Shown: positions 45,808-55,711 of the stretch, piece by piece
Numbering within the stretch: the stretch's first letter is position 1
How the letters are laid out: every line of letters begins with the position of its first letter
Source: Schizochytrium sp. TIO01
Taxonomy: Eukaryota > Protista > Bigyra: Labyrinthulomycetes
Assembly: GCA_004764695.1 (NCBI GenBank)
Contig: SMSO01000037.1
Coordinates: 4,316,747-4,380,746 of the forward strand
DNA: 64,000 nucleotides
Direction of reading: 5' to 3'
Program-made: the position numbers and the translations under genes
Notes under the pieces: generated by a model
Told to the model about the DNA's origin: nothing
The model's input: only the letters and a program-made list of their open reading frames with translations
Database searches by the model: none

Positions 45808-48720
45808 TTAAAAAACTTCTTGATTCAAAGTATATTTACACTCTGGGCCGGAGAAGCGGTTGCAATTGTCACGTACTGCACGGGCTACAGCAGGGGCGCC
45901 ACAATATGTAACACCAATCTCACTAACATTATGAAGCCGCGTGTCACGATTAATTTGAAATATCTGTTCCCAAACTGGCCGACCATTCCAAATCCAGATG
46001 TCGCCAAGTCGATTTGGTTCATCAAATTCATTAAATTTTTCAAATTGAAGCTTTCTTTGCTCTTGGGAAGATACAGTGGGGTTCTTCAAAAGTGTCTTCA
46101 GTGTATCCATGTTGAAACCAAGATCATCTGTATCCATAGTGCCAGCTTCTCTGGTGCCAGTGGCATTTCGCTGTCGCTCGCGTAGTAAATTGCGTTGCGA
46201 GCGTTGCACAGAAGGCTTTTCTACTTGCGTAGTTGACGGTACACTAGTTACATAGACATTGATAGATAGTCTATTATGCCCAGTAATGGCGCCTGCATTG
46301 CGATCAGACATTACACGCTTGCTGATATCTACGAGAGTTTCAACAAACCAATCAAAACTTTCCAGCTCGCTGTGACGCACAATCCAATAAAGACGAAGTG
46401 TTTCGGGAGAGAAACCTTTCCTCCACTTGTGCCTTGTTACATCTGATAAAATGGCAGCTGCTGGAGTTAGACCAATGCCCAATCCAATCACCATAACATC
46501 CTGGTATGAAGAATAGAGCTGCGCAGGCGCAGAATGGGGTCCATCAATCCGTAAAAGAGGCTTACCATCAGGGCCCATGTATTTACCGCGCTGTACAACT
46601 CCTGAATTGTCGAAGTGTGCGAAGTACTTCTCAAATGGAGCTGGCTTACCGTTTATTTCATCTGTGGAGGCCCCGGCAAGCAACCGAAAGTACTCCATTA
46701 CATTATAGGTCCACGAACCTTTGCTCTGAATCCGAATGTGCACACTAACGTATCCATCTCGCTCCAGGTCTCCCCAAGATGAAGATATCGTAAAAGGGTG
46801 ACTTTCATTCTCACTAATATGTGGCACTATCAGACGGAGATACTGACCTGCTTGGAACTGGAATTGATCTAGACGCTCAGGGAAGAAGTTTAGACGCAAT
46901 ACTGGGTGCGAGAATCGTACATAGTCAACATAAAATCGATGTGTTCCGCGTTTTGTACGAATGATTCGGTCGATAGCATACGCAGGAAATGTAACTATCG
47001 CAAAATACCATACTTTTGGACCATGGGCGAGGAGAAGAGGAAATGCAATCAAAAAAACATGGTGACTCCACCAAAATGCTTCGTAGTTTGATCTACGTAC
47101 CGAACTGTGTGCCGCGCAGAATAAAATTACAAAGGCTAGTGTGATACCGCCACCTGTCCAAAGGGCAGTGGCACCAAATTTGTTGATAGATGCTTGAGGC
47201 GCAAGAGCAAAGTTAGCATAATGGAACGCAATGTGCCCTACACTACCGATAAATATGGCATACGCAACAACTTTGTGAAAGGCAATGCTCTTCTTAAGAG
47301 GAACAACAGATGCGAGAGTCTTGTTTGGGCTAACTTCAATTTTGGAGATGCGGTTTAACGCCGCTCGAAGAACTGGGATAAGAACTAAAGCACACGTGAA
47401 ATCTAAGGAAGTTCCAAAGCCTTTAGCGACTGGTGCAAGAGCACTAAGACAATCCTCGGTCAAAGATGACCTAAGACAGGCTTGACGATCGCTTTCTACG
47501 ATGTAGTATCGAAGTCCGAAAAGAAACAAATTTACGAACAAAAATCCTCCCATAATGACGATCTCTGTCCATGTCCAGGTGGACATCTTTGTAAGAGATA
47601 CCTGAGGAATAAAGCCTTGGGGCTGACCTACCCCTTCTTCGTTATTCATGAACATGACAAAGTTTAGAATTGCTGTGAAACATCCAACAACACCGGTTAT
47701 GATCGTGGCATAGCTTGTAAAACAAGGTGCGCTAAGTCCAACATATAAAATACTACGTAAAGGAATAGAGGAGAGTCCGTCTCTGTTTCGCCTTTTTAGT
47801 CCCCAAAAATATTCAAAAACAAACGAGACAACACCCATGCATATTACAACTGGGGCTGTCCAGCTATGATAGGTTCCAAGCATCTGCTTCTTTGTAGAGT
47901 TACCAAGCTCTTGGGAAGATTCTGAATACCAAAGAATCGTGAACGCACCGGTGATTAATGCAAATAAAGCGAATGCATAACCCCATGTATGACAAAGGTA
48001 AAGCCATTTAAGGGGCTTACCTGTGGAGGTTCTTTTTTCATCTCGAATTTGTGCACGCAGATCACGAGGAACTTGCTTCCCTGCAAGGTACGCAGGTTTT
48101 GGTGGCCTTTTGGGCGCTTCTTCAGCCTGAGCCTGATACCATCCACTGGGGGAAGCTCCATAGTTTGCATCCTTTTTGGGGCGGCCCTCTTCATCCCTTT
48201 CAACCACTTCAACATAATTTGCAGGAATATGTCCACGCTTTCCATTGAGCTCTGCAATCCACCACGCGCCACCTTCTACTTGTTCAATGCCGATTAGAGT
48301 CTGACCAGGTCGAACTGTTAATTCATCCTCATATCGCGCGACGTGTCCATAGAGGGCACGTAATACAGTCCCGCGTTTTTCACCAATACCAAGTTCAGGA
48401 GCAAATGGATTTAGCCAATTCACAACGCTCATGCCACGCCTCTGGATAGTGCCTGACACACCTGGGCGAGGGTTATTGCTTTGCGGTTCGAGACGAATAT
48501 TTGGCTGATTACCAAAGAAGCTTGTTTTGCGAGTAGCCAAACGACGCTGCTGTTCTGGCGAAGGACCTTTGAACCCAGGAGGCGGGGTTGTACTTGTATC
48601 ACCTTTCTGATTATAATAGTATGGTTCATTCGTTTTTTTATCAATTGCCATGAACCATTGTTCAACAAGAGCTTCTTCGCCCTCGTCTTGATCTGACTTG
48701 TTGCCTTTTTCCTGGCTCAT
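45808..48720 (-). CDS. NADPH oxidase (NOX) fusion: WW - SH3 - Pro-rich motif - p22phox-like 4-TM domain - NOX catalytic core
   Basis: Heme His pairs H482/H496 (FHKVVAY...GHIAFH) and H553/H566 (WSHH...AHG) with NOX2 spacing; FAD site GQY...HPFT; IDGP; GLGIGLTP; LYWIVR; GRPVW; CGA; terminal EVF. SH3 ALY...DELT...WW...GHIPANYV; WW W...YYYN. Confidence 0.95.
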   Translation of the reverse strand: MSQEKGNKSDQDEGEEALVEQWFMAIDKKTNEPYYYNQKGDTSTTPPPGFKGPSPEQQRRLATRKTSFFGNQPNIRLEPQSNNPRPGVSGTIQRRGMSVVNWLNPFAPELGIGEKRGTVLRALYGHVARYEDELTVRPGQTLIGIEQVEGGAWWIAELNGKRGHIPANYVEVVERDEEGRPKKDANYGASPSGWYQAQAEEAPKRPPKPAYLAGKQVPRDLRAQIRDEKRTSTGKPLKWLYLCHTWGYAFALFALITGAFTILWYSESSQELGNSTKKQMLGTYHSWTAPVVICMGVVSFVFEYFWGLKRRNRDGLSSIPLRSILYVGLSAPCFTSYATIITGVVGCFTAILNFVMFMNNEEGVGQPQGFIPQVSLTKMSTWTWTEIVIMGGFLFVNLFLFGLRYYIVESDRQACLRSSLTEDCLSALAPVAKGFGTSLDFTCALVLIPVLRAALNRISKIEVSPNKTLASVVPLKKSIAFHKVVAYAIFIGSVGHIAFHYANFALAPQASINKFGATALWTGGGITLAFVILFCAAHSSVRRSNYEAFWWSHHVFLIAFPLLLAHGPKVWYFAIVTFPAYAIDRIIRTKRGTHRFYVDYVRFSHPVLRLNFFPERLDQFQFQAGQYLRLIVPHISENESHPFTISSSWGDLERDGYVSVHIRIQSKGSWTYNVMEYFRLLAGASTDEINGKPAPFEKYFAHFDNSGVVQRGKYMGPDGKPLLRIDGPHSAPAQLYSSYQDVMVIGLGIGLTPAAAILSDVTRHKWRKGFSPETLRLYWIVRHSELESFDWFVETLVDISKRVMSDRNAGAITGHNRLSINVYVTSVPSTTQVEKPSVQRSQRNLLRERQRNATGTREAGTMDTDDLGFNMDTLKTLLKNPTVSSQEQRKLQFEKFNEFDEPNRLGDIWIWNGRPVWEQIFQINRDTRLHNVSEIGVTYCGAPAVARAVRDNCNRFSGPECKYTLNQEVF

Positions 48721-50325
48721 TTTGAGTCTTGAGGTTTTCTTTATTCGAGGAATCTACTTTTTACAATAAATGAAGATGTACCTCATACGTGCTGGTAAAT
48801 AGTCTGGCAGCTCTCACTGCACCAATATATTTAACGAAGTATAAAGTGACTTCGAATACAATAGTCTACTGCCAACGTATAGCTATCACTTCAGCGAAGA
48901 GGCTTCAAACCAATGTGTACAATGGTGAGCTACAATCCAGCTCAACGTACTCTGATGGGAGAATAAACTCTCAACAGTACAATGATTAAACTATGATAAG
49001 CTTCCGTAGAGAATTACTTTGCTGGAGCTATAGAGCGAGTCAACCTGCAGAGGCCAATGCTATTCGTCTCACGAAGAGACATACACAGGAGAAGTCAAAC
49101 GACGAATGAGGAATGGACTAAAAGACTCAGAAGCGAGTTCGCACGAGAAAAAGAATAACCTTTGCCCTCGCCAGTGTCTCCACACAGTTTGAAGGCAAAT
49201 TAGTTGCAGTGACGCGCGTTCCTAAAACACGTTCGTTTCAATTGATGGCAATCGAAGCGCCAACAAGGTATGTCTTGTCGCGCGTGCACAGTTTCGGAAA
49301 TGCCTGTACTTATAATTTTTTCTATAATGTGGAGATAAAGGTAAAAGTTCTATTCTTCTAGGTAACAAGTCCTATGCTCATCATCTCTCTTTATATATTA
49401 GAACAAAGGGAAGGAGAACTAGGCCTTTCAGTAGAAAAAATCATAAAATTCAGATTGATCTGGAGTCCAAAACGCAGAGTTCGGACGCACGCTATGCACA
49501 AAGAAATGTGGGGGAGAATGAAACTTGAGCCGACTGAGTCTAATGCTACTACTCTAACAAAACTCGTGAAATTCTTGTACAGCAATCAATTTATCTCTCT
49601 TTCTGATAAGGGTCATTGGTCAGGGACAAAGTCAGTGCCTCCGAACGAGTGAATTATTGATTGATTGACAGGAAGGTTGTGTTCAATGAATAATTTATCT
49701 ATTGATAACTACTAGTAGCTATTAGGTATATCTTTTAGCTCGAGGTTGAAAGCGAGCGTCTTGGAGTGTGCACGTGCACAGAGTGTGCACTAACCCTTGC
49801 CTAATATTAACTATCCATATGCAGTTTCGAAAGATTTGATGAGTTGAAACGGAGCTTTCATATGAGCGTGCTAATTGACTCGAAACCACCTATTCCAGAA
49901 AGAGATAGTTTGAATGAACTAAACAGTACTTATTGAGGCAGTTTGCCAGATTAAAAAAGAGGGTTATGGCATCGCAATAAGTGTTCACCTTAGATAGTAC
50001 ATCCTATCAGGTAAGGCTTAAATAGACGTGCTAAATTGCTTCCGCAGACGAAATATATCATGGCACAGTCGCAGAATTGCAGGAACAGGAAATTAAAAAG
50101 AAGTAAATTGTGATACCCGGAGAAAACAGAAGCGAAAGGGACCTTTCAAAGACTCGATTTAAGGAGTTTACCTTCTTCTACTTAATTCCATTCAAGTCAT
50201 GAAAAGTACCTCAAGCTTGACTTTCTACTTAAATCAAAGGTTTGATAGGAGACGCCTCTAATGGTGAGAGTGCCGTTCTTGAAAAGTTGCGTTCTGTACG
50301 CTATGATTGCTCGAAGTCGAGAATA

Positions 50326-53118
50326 TTACATTTCATGTTTGACTAGGGTAGTATTAAGCACATGGGCTATGCCAAGTCGAGCAGCTCTATTCGCAGACCG
50401 GATGGAGACATTTGCAGATCCTTGTACTAGAGCAATTTGAACCAGGCAACCAACAATTGTTGGCTTTTGTGTTCTGGCGTTGACAGTTGCCGTTTCTAAA
50501 GTACCTGCTGCGAAAACTGAAATCGCATCAGCTCCTTTCCATGCGCCAAAGTGTAGAGCCTCGAGAATATTTAAAACTTCATCAATTTGCTCTATTCCAA
50601 TCGTTGAGATAGCAAATGTATGTTGAGACCCTTCGCCCATTGAATCCCACCTGGAGGTAAAATCGGCATTGGTGAATTTAACAGGTTTCAAAAAAGAAGT
50701 TACAGCTGTAGGTAGTCGCAGGTCTACGAAGTACAGCAACCCATTGCAGGAATACGAAAGCTTGATGTCGTGCGGCTTCTCAAATGGTACCATGCATGTT
50801 AAAAGGAGCTGCTGCCGGACCTGCGATCGAGGTCCAATGAAAGGCTCAATGAAAGAAGCTTGAACAGAGAGATTTTGATCGCCCGGCACAGTGCAGATAA
50901 CTTCTTGGCAAGGCAAATTTGTCTTGTTACCAATGAAAAGTACTACCTTTCCTGAAGCATGCTGATACTGATGCTGGATGCCCACTTGAATGATTGTATC
51001 TTCATGAAGCAACCCTTTTGTATTCATAAGGGATTTTCGGTAAAGGTCAAGGCTAATGTCTTTGGCGAGGCGAATCGTGGGGGCTGAAACAGAGTAATCC
51101 CCAGTCCCAAGATCTAAGAGATCTCCAGTACTGGAGTCGCAGGTTTCATTTTCTTCTTCTTCTACTTCAGTTTGATTTTGGTGCTGTAATTCTTTTTTTT
51201 CAGAGTGAACTGTATGATGATTCGAGCCCGTATCTGTTATTTTAGAAGTATCGGATTTGTTTTCATGGCCCTGAAAGATGTCTCGTTCACCTGCTGCTAT
51301 ATGCTTAGTAGAAAACTCTGGCATTGGCTCTAGCACTTTGCTTCGGCTTGTTGAATCTAGGCTCGCGAGCATAAAGTATTCACATGCACGCTGTTGAAGT
51401 TCGAGGTCACTTGAATCGCGGTAGGCATCAAAAAGCAAGCTGATTTCCTCATTGAGATCTTGAGTGTATAGTACGGATAGTTTTGCATAGGCGTGGAAAA
51501 ACATGCGACGTGACTGGCTAGACGCAGTACTAAAATGTTGATTGATCGTCTCAAAGAGACCCACCGGATCTGCATAGCCTTGCTCAACAAGAATATTGCC
51601 AAATTCCCCCAGGAGATATGCAGATAGCACAAGGCCAATCTCATGAACATGAGGGGATTGAAGCATCCCTAGAGCAGCCTTGGCTGCGTATTCTTGAACT
51701 TCTGGAGTGTTTATTACAATTTTCACAGTGCGATACCAGATATCCTCTGAAACAAATTCTCCAGCGCTTTCAACTAAGTGGAATATTGTATCCAAATACC
51801 ATTGACGGTCCACGGCAAAACGTTCGGTGAGAATAGCGATTTTTAGAACGACCTCTGGCTTCATTGCATAGTTAGCTGTCGCGAGATATTTAAGAAGACG
51901 CTGCACTACCTCACGAGCATTTGCGACATTGCACATAGCGAAGACTAAATCGAGCGATCGTTTGCGAATCGAGTCGTCCTTTTCATCAAGGGAAGCAAGG
52001 ATCACTTCTTCATGCTCACGAAGCTGCAAGAGAACACGTGCCATACCCTCACGATTGGCTAGTTGTGCAAGACGTGTCATTCCTGAGAGTCCCAGATATC
52101 TAACATTGGCCTCGTTGAGGACAATAAGGTGCGCGAGTAAGCGAACAGTAGAGTGCAAAAGCTCAGGTGGAGCACGGGCACCATAGTGCAGAACCAGGTT
52201 TACAGTCTCCATGCGCACTGCATGCATGACAGTAGCCTTGGTGATTGTGGTAGCCTCAGTGCCAAATGCGAGGAGCTTTTGCATAATTTCAATTAAATTT
52301 GCGCCAGACGCTGGATCAGAAGGGGGCGGGAACCGTTGCAAATACTGAAGAGTTCGAATCTGCAAGATTGGACAGGGGATATCATGGTACATGTAGTCTT
52401 CGGGTACGGATTTCGACAAAACAATGGTTTCTAGTAGTTGAATGGCCAAAGGAACAGATGCGAGGAGTAAATTTTCTTGATCAGGAGTTGCGGATAGCAG
52501 CTCGATCATTGCTAGAGTAAGTTCATGGGTGTGGCTAAGCCCCGGTTTAGCAAGTTTAACCACCATCTCTGCATCTAGTAGGCTCTCATTAAATTCAGCC
52601 AGGCATGCTGCACATATTGCTGCCTTCTTTCGTATGGCTAAAGGAGTTTCATCAGATACAAGAAAGCGCATTATGTCAGGTCCCAAAACACTGGCAATCT
52701 CACGCCCGCCAATATTTCCGCAAAAGTTCAAAGCCAAAGCTTGTGCAAAAGGTTTATCACTCTGCAAATCATTTCGTAACGAGTTGATTGCAAGTCGTAC
52801 GAGATCTTTATCGTTGCCAATAAGTACTCCAAGTGCGAGGTAACCAACTTGTTTTTCAGCCGGAACGGGCGAACTGGCAAGGTTAACGGCTTCAATATGA
52901 CCGAACTCAACCTCGTATCCTAGCATGCGAATATATACAAGCTTCCATATGTATTTCTTACGGTCATAGCTCTTGAGCTGCTTGCTACTCGCAAACTTGG
53001 CGCGAATCTTCGCCAGTTCCTTCCTTACTCGCGAAATCTCGGCTTCGTGACTTGTGCACATGCGAATGTCACTTATAAACTTGCGCAGTCCTCGCTTACT
53101 TGTGGGAAGGAGGTCCAT
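50326..53118 (-). CDS. AP2A: AP-2 adaptor complex subunit alpha
   Basis: RGLRKFISDIR, ELAKIRAKF, YDRKKYIWKLVYIRMLGY, EKQVGYL, NVRYLGL, LKIAILTERFA, ELQQRACEY, and appendage domain GLLHEDTIIQVG. Confidence 0.96.
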   Translation of the reverse strand: MDLLPTSKRGLRKFISDIRMCTSHEAEISRVRKELAKIRAKFASSKQLKSYDRKKYIWKLVYIRMLGYEVEFGHIEAVNLASSPVPAEKQVGYLALGVLIGNDKDLVRLAINSLRNDLQSDKPFAQALALNFCGNIGGREIASVLGPDIMRFLVSDETPLAIRKKAAICAACLAEFNESLLDAEMVVKLAKPGLSHTHELTLAMIELLSATPDQENLLLASVPLAIQLLETIVLSKSVPEDYMYHDIPCPILQIRTLQYLQRFPPPSDPASGANLIEIMQKLLAFGTEATTITKATVMHAVRMETVNLVLHYGARAPPELLHSTVRLLAHLIVLNEANVRYLGLSGMTRLAQLANREGMARVLLQLREHEEVILASLDEKDDSIRKRSLDLVFAMCNVANAREVVQRLLKYLATANYAMKPEVVLKIAILTERFAVDRQWYLDTIFHLVESAGEFVSEDIWYRTVKIVINTPEVQEYAAKAALGMLQSPHVHEIGLVLSAYLLGEFGNILVEQGYADPVGLFETINQHFSTASSQSRRMFFHAYAKLSVLYTQDLNEEISLLFDAYRDSSDLELQQRACEYFMLASLDSTSRSKVLEPMPEFSTKHIAAGERDIFQGHENKSDTSKITDTGSNHHTVHSEKKELQHQNQTEVEEEENETCDSSTGDLLDLGTGDYSVSAPTIRLAKDISLDLYRKSLMNTKGLLHEDTIIQVGIQHQYQHASGKVVLFIGNKTNLPCQEVICTVPGDQNLSVQASFIEPFIGPRSQVRQQLLLTCMVPFEKPHDIKLSYSCNGLLYFVDLRLPTAVTSFLKPVKFTNADFTSRWDSMGEGSQHTFAISTIGIEQIDEVLNILEALHFGAWKGADAISVFAAGTLETATVNARTQKPTIVGCLVQIALVQGSANVSIRSANRAARLGIAHVLNTTLVKHEM

Positions 53119-53422
53119 CTTGATCTACCTTCCTTAGTTCGTAAGACGCCCCGTGCCTCCAACAACTTATATTGCACCAATTAGCCAGGGCACTTTACCT
53201 GCGTCTCGATGCGTCTCGTCAAGACAACGCTACTACGAGGACGGAGTTCTCCTAATTATCATAGGAAAACTGACAGTTCTTAACTACGATTTTTCTTTTT
53301 TCTTTTTTAAAGGTAAAAAAGAAAGAAAGATACCTAGGTAGACTAGAGTCTACTCTCTCACTACTAATCCTACATAGGTACAGATATCTCTCTACCTACC
53401 TATTGGCAATAACCAGCTCGAA

Positions 53423-53484
53423 TGAGTGATTGTTTTGGAAGCGAAAATAATCTCTTTCTTACTGCCTCTGACTAGTGAGAGTGG
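53423..53484 (+). repeat. Dispersed two-box element copy
   Basis: TGAGTGATTGTTTTGG and TGCCTCTGACTAGTGAGAGTGG, both identical to the 44218 copy, with a shorter spacer. Confidence 0.8.
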
Positions 53485-53623
53485 CGCAACTTTTTCGCTA
53501 AAGGTTTGCTTCGGCTTGTTTTTTTTCATAAAATAACCGCAACCCTCAATCATGAGAGATTGATCGACTTAAGATTCTTCCAATAGTATCCAACTTGAAG
53601 TCAAAGCATTGATAGTATTCGAA

Positions 53624-53684
53624 GTGAGTTTTTGACTTGAGTTTTTTAACCCAAGTTAAAAGATCTCTTTGACTAGTGAGAGTG
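53624..53684 (+). repeat. Dispersed two-box element, partial copy
   Basis: CTTGAGTTT...ACCCAAGTTAAA...TGACTAGTGAGAGTG; shares internal words with the 13228 and 44218 copies. Confidence 0.65.
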
Positions 53685-54225
53685 CTGAGAAGTAGCCATA
53701 ACTGATGAGAGTAGTACCTTCCTAGGTAGTGGAATCTCACACAGTTGGAACAGTCAGTGTGAAAGTTGGCATTCTCCAACATCATAATGTTCTCAATGGA
53801 GAACCTAAAATCTAAGTTAAGCCTAGCTTTCATCTCCTTTGCAAACAAGTCGCTAACTAGGTAGATGCACCTTTACACGCCTTTTTAAAACTCGAATTAT
53901 TTAAAATTCTGTAGGACAGGGAAGTGGCGGAATATGCCTTCGAGTATTCATTCAGTTCCGTGGATTATTTCTCAACCTGAAGGGTAGTGGACACATCATA
54001 GTTGTTGAAATCAAGTTGGGTGGCGGACTGAGTTTAGGTATGGCCACTCCCCCTGAACGAGATCGTAAAAGTGACCAGTAAACTCGAAACTCGTTGCAAC
54101 AAGCATAGCAGGGTTCAACGCTATATAAGCGCCACACTCTCAAGCTATATTATAGCTGCAGCACCCTGGGTCAAGCGGTAACTCAAAAATCTGTTTGACT
54201 GTTTGTATCTGTGATTCCACAAAAT

Positions 54226-55056
54226 ATGGCTGCGCTACAGGATCGTTTTCAATGGCAGGCAGAGCCAGATAAATCAAAATTGCTTGAACTAGTCTGTGCA
54301 AGCCTTGATGAAAATGGATATGCAATCGTTGAGGGGATCCTTGATCCTGTACGAACCGCAGCAATGAAAAAGGAGATCACAGACATCCTTGATACTACGC
54401 CTCGTGGTCGCAACTCGTTTGAGGGTTTCAAAACCCGACGAATGTATGCTGTCTTTGCAAAGACGCGGAGCTTTGACGACCTTGCGATAGACTCTTTCGT
54501 ACTTGACGTTGTTACTCGAGGGTTGGAGACTAAAGAAATCTTGCTTTCCAGCCCGACTGGAATCGAGATTCTACCGGGAGAAGTTGAGCAGCTTGCGCAC
54601 CGAGATGATGGAAAGTATCCTATTGTCAAGCTCAAGGTGCAGGATATCATCATGAACACAATGTGGTCATTTGATGATTTTACGGATACGAATGGGAGTA
54701 CAGTAATCTATCCAGGGTCACACAAGCTTGATAAGGAGGCTCAGTTACAAAAGCTGGGCGAGGAGCCATGCCCACTTCGGAAAGTCAACGCCACTATGCC
54801 AAAAGGGTCGGTAATGTTTTACCGTGGAAGCATGCTACACGGAGGAGGTGCAAACAAATCTGATAATGCACGTCTAGGTGTGATTTTGGAATACTGCGCA
54901 GCTTGGGTCCGTCCTCAAGAAAACCACATTCTTGCTGTCCCAAAAGAAGTGGTTCGAACGCTGCCTGATACCCTTCAAGAACTTTTGGGCTACTCTGTAG
55001 CTTTACCTTTCATTGGTTATGTCGACGGACGACACCCAAAGAAGAGTTTGCTCTGA
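54226..55056 (+). CDS. Phytanoyl-CoA dioxygenase (PhyH) family Fe(II)/2-oxoglutarate oxygenase
   Basis: HRDD (HxD), WSFDDFTDTNGST.IYPGSH, LHGGGAN (third His), RLG (2OG Arg), RPQEN, LLGY. First ATG at 54226. Confidence 0.93.
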   Translation: MAALQDRFQWQAEPDKSKLLELVCASLDENGYAIVEGILDPVRTAAMKKEITDILDTTPRGRNSFEGFKTRRMYAVFAKTRSFDDLAIDSFVLDVVTRGLETKEILLSSPTGIEILPGEVEQLAHRDDGKYPIVKLKVQDIIMNTMWSFDDFTDTNGSTVIYPGSHKLDKEAQLQKLGEEPCPLRKVNATMPKGSVMFYRGSMLHGGGANKSDNARLGVILEYCAAWVRPQENHILAVPKEVVRTLPDTLQELLGYSVALPFIGYVDGRHPKKSLL

Positions 55057-55711
55057 TCTCTACTAATCCATGCACTCAATCATCCAGCAGATTTATGCAT
55101 CAGAATGACCTAACTTTAAATATAAATTATAATTTTATAAACGACAAGACTATGCGCGAATAAAATAGACTTGATTTGGCTTCTAATCCATGCACTGGTT
55201 TGTATGGTTTGATGCTGCAGGATCTATAAAACGGGAAAACCCCAACTGTTTGGAAAAACAAAAAAACAAAAACAAAAAGTACAAAAGGAAAACTTGAATT
55301 TATAACATCAATACTGTGAGGAAAGAATTGTACATATTATACTTGCGCTCATCAGATAATATGCGGCATCTCTTCACTAGGTTAGATATACACGAAGAGA
55401 TGGTGTCATAGCTGAAAGTTCTGCGACGTATAACATTTTATAATTTAATTGGAATGTCGCTGAATTCTTCGTCATGCCATCATATATATTTCAACACACG
55501 TAAATGTACTGAATGAAAAAATTAAGATTGGGACAATGTGCTTTTGTGATCTTGTTTTCTAGGTGTCTCATCAGCACGTATGCATGACTATCATAATTTG
55601 CACAGGACAGAAGTGCTTACCTTTAAAGAAACCATAAGAGTCGAAAGAATTGGCAAAGCTACCAGGCATCAAGAGATAAACCAGGACTTCCTACATTCCA
55701 AATGCAATGCA

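Noticed and set aside
43109-53118. RidA-NOX-AP2A as a co-oriented functional cluster (oxidative stress or endocytosis)
   Set aside because: Adjacency in a gene-dense eukaryotic genome is not evidence of shared function; synteny and co-expression data are needed.
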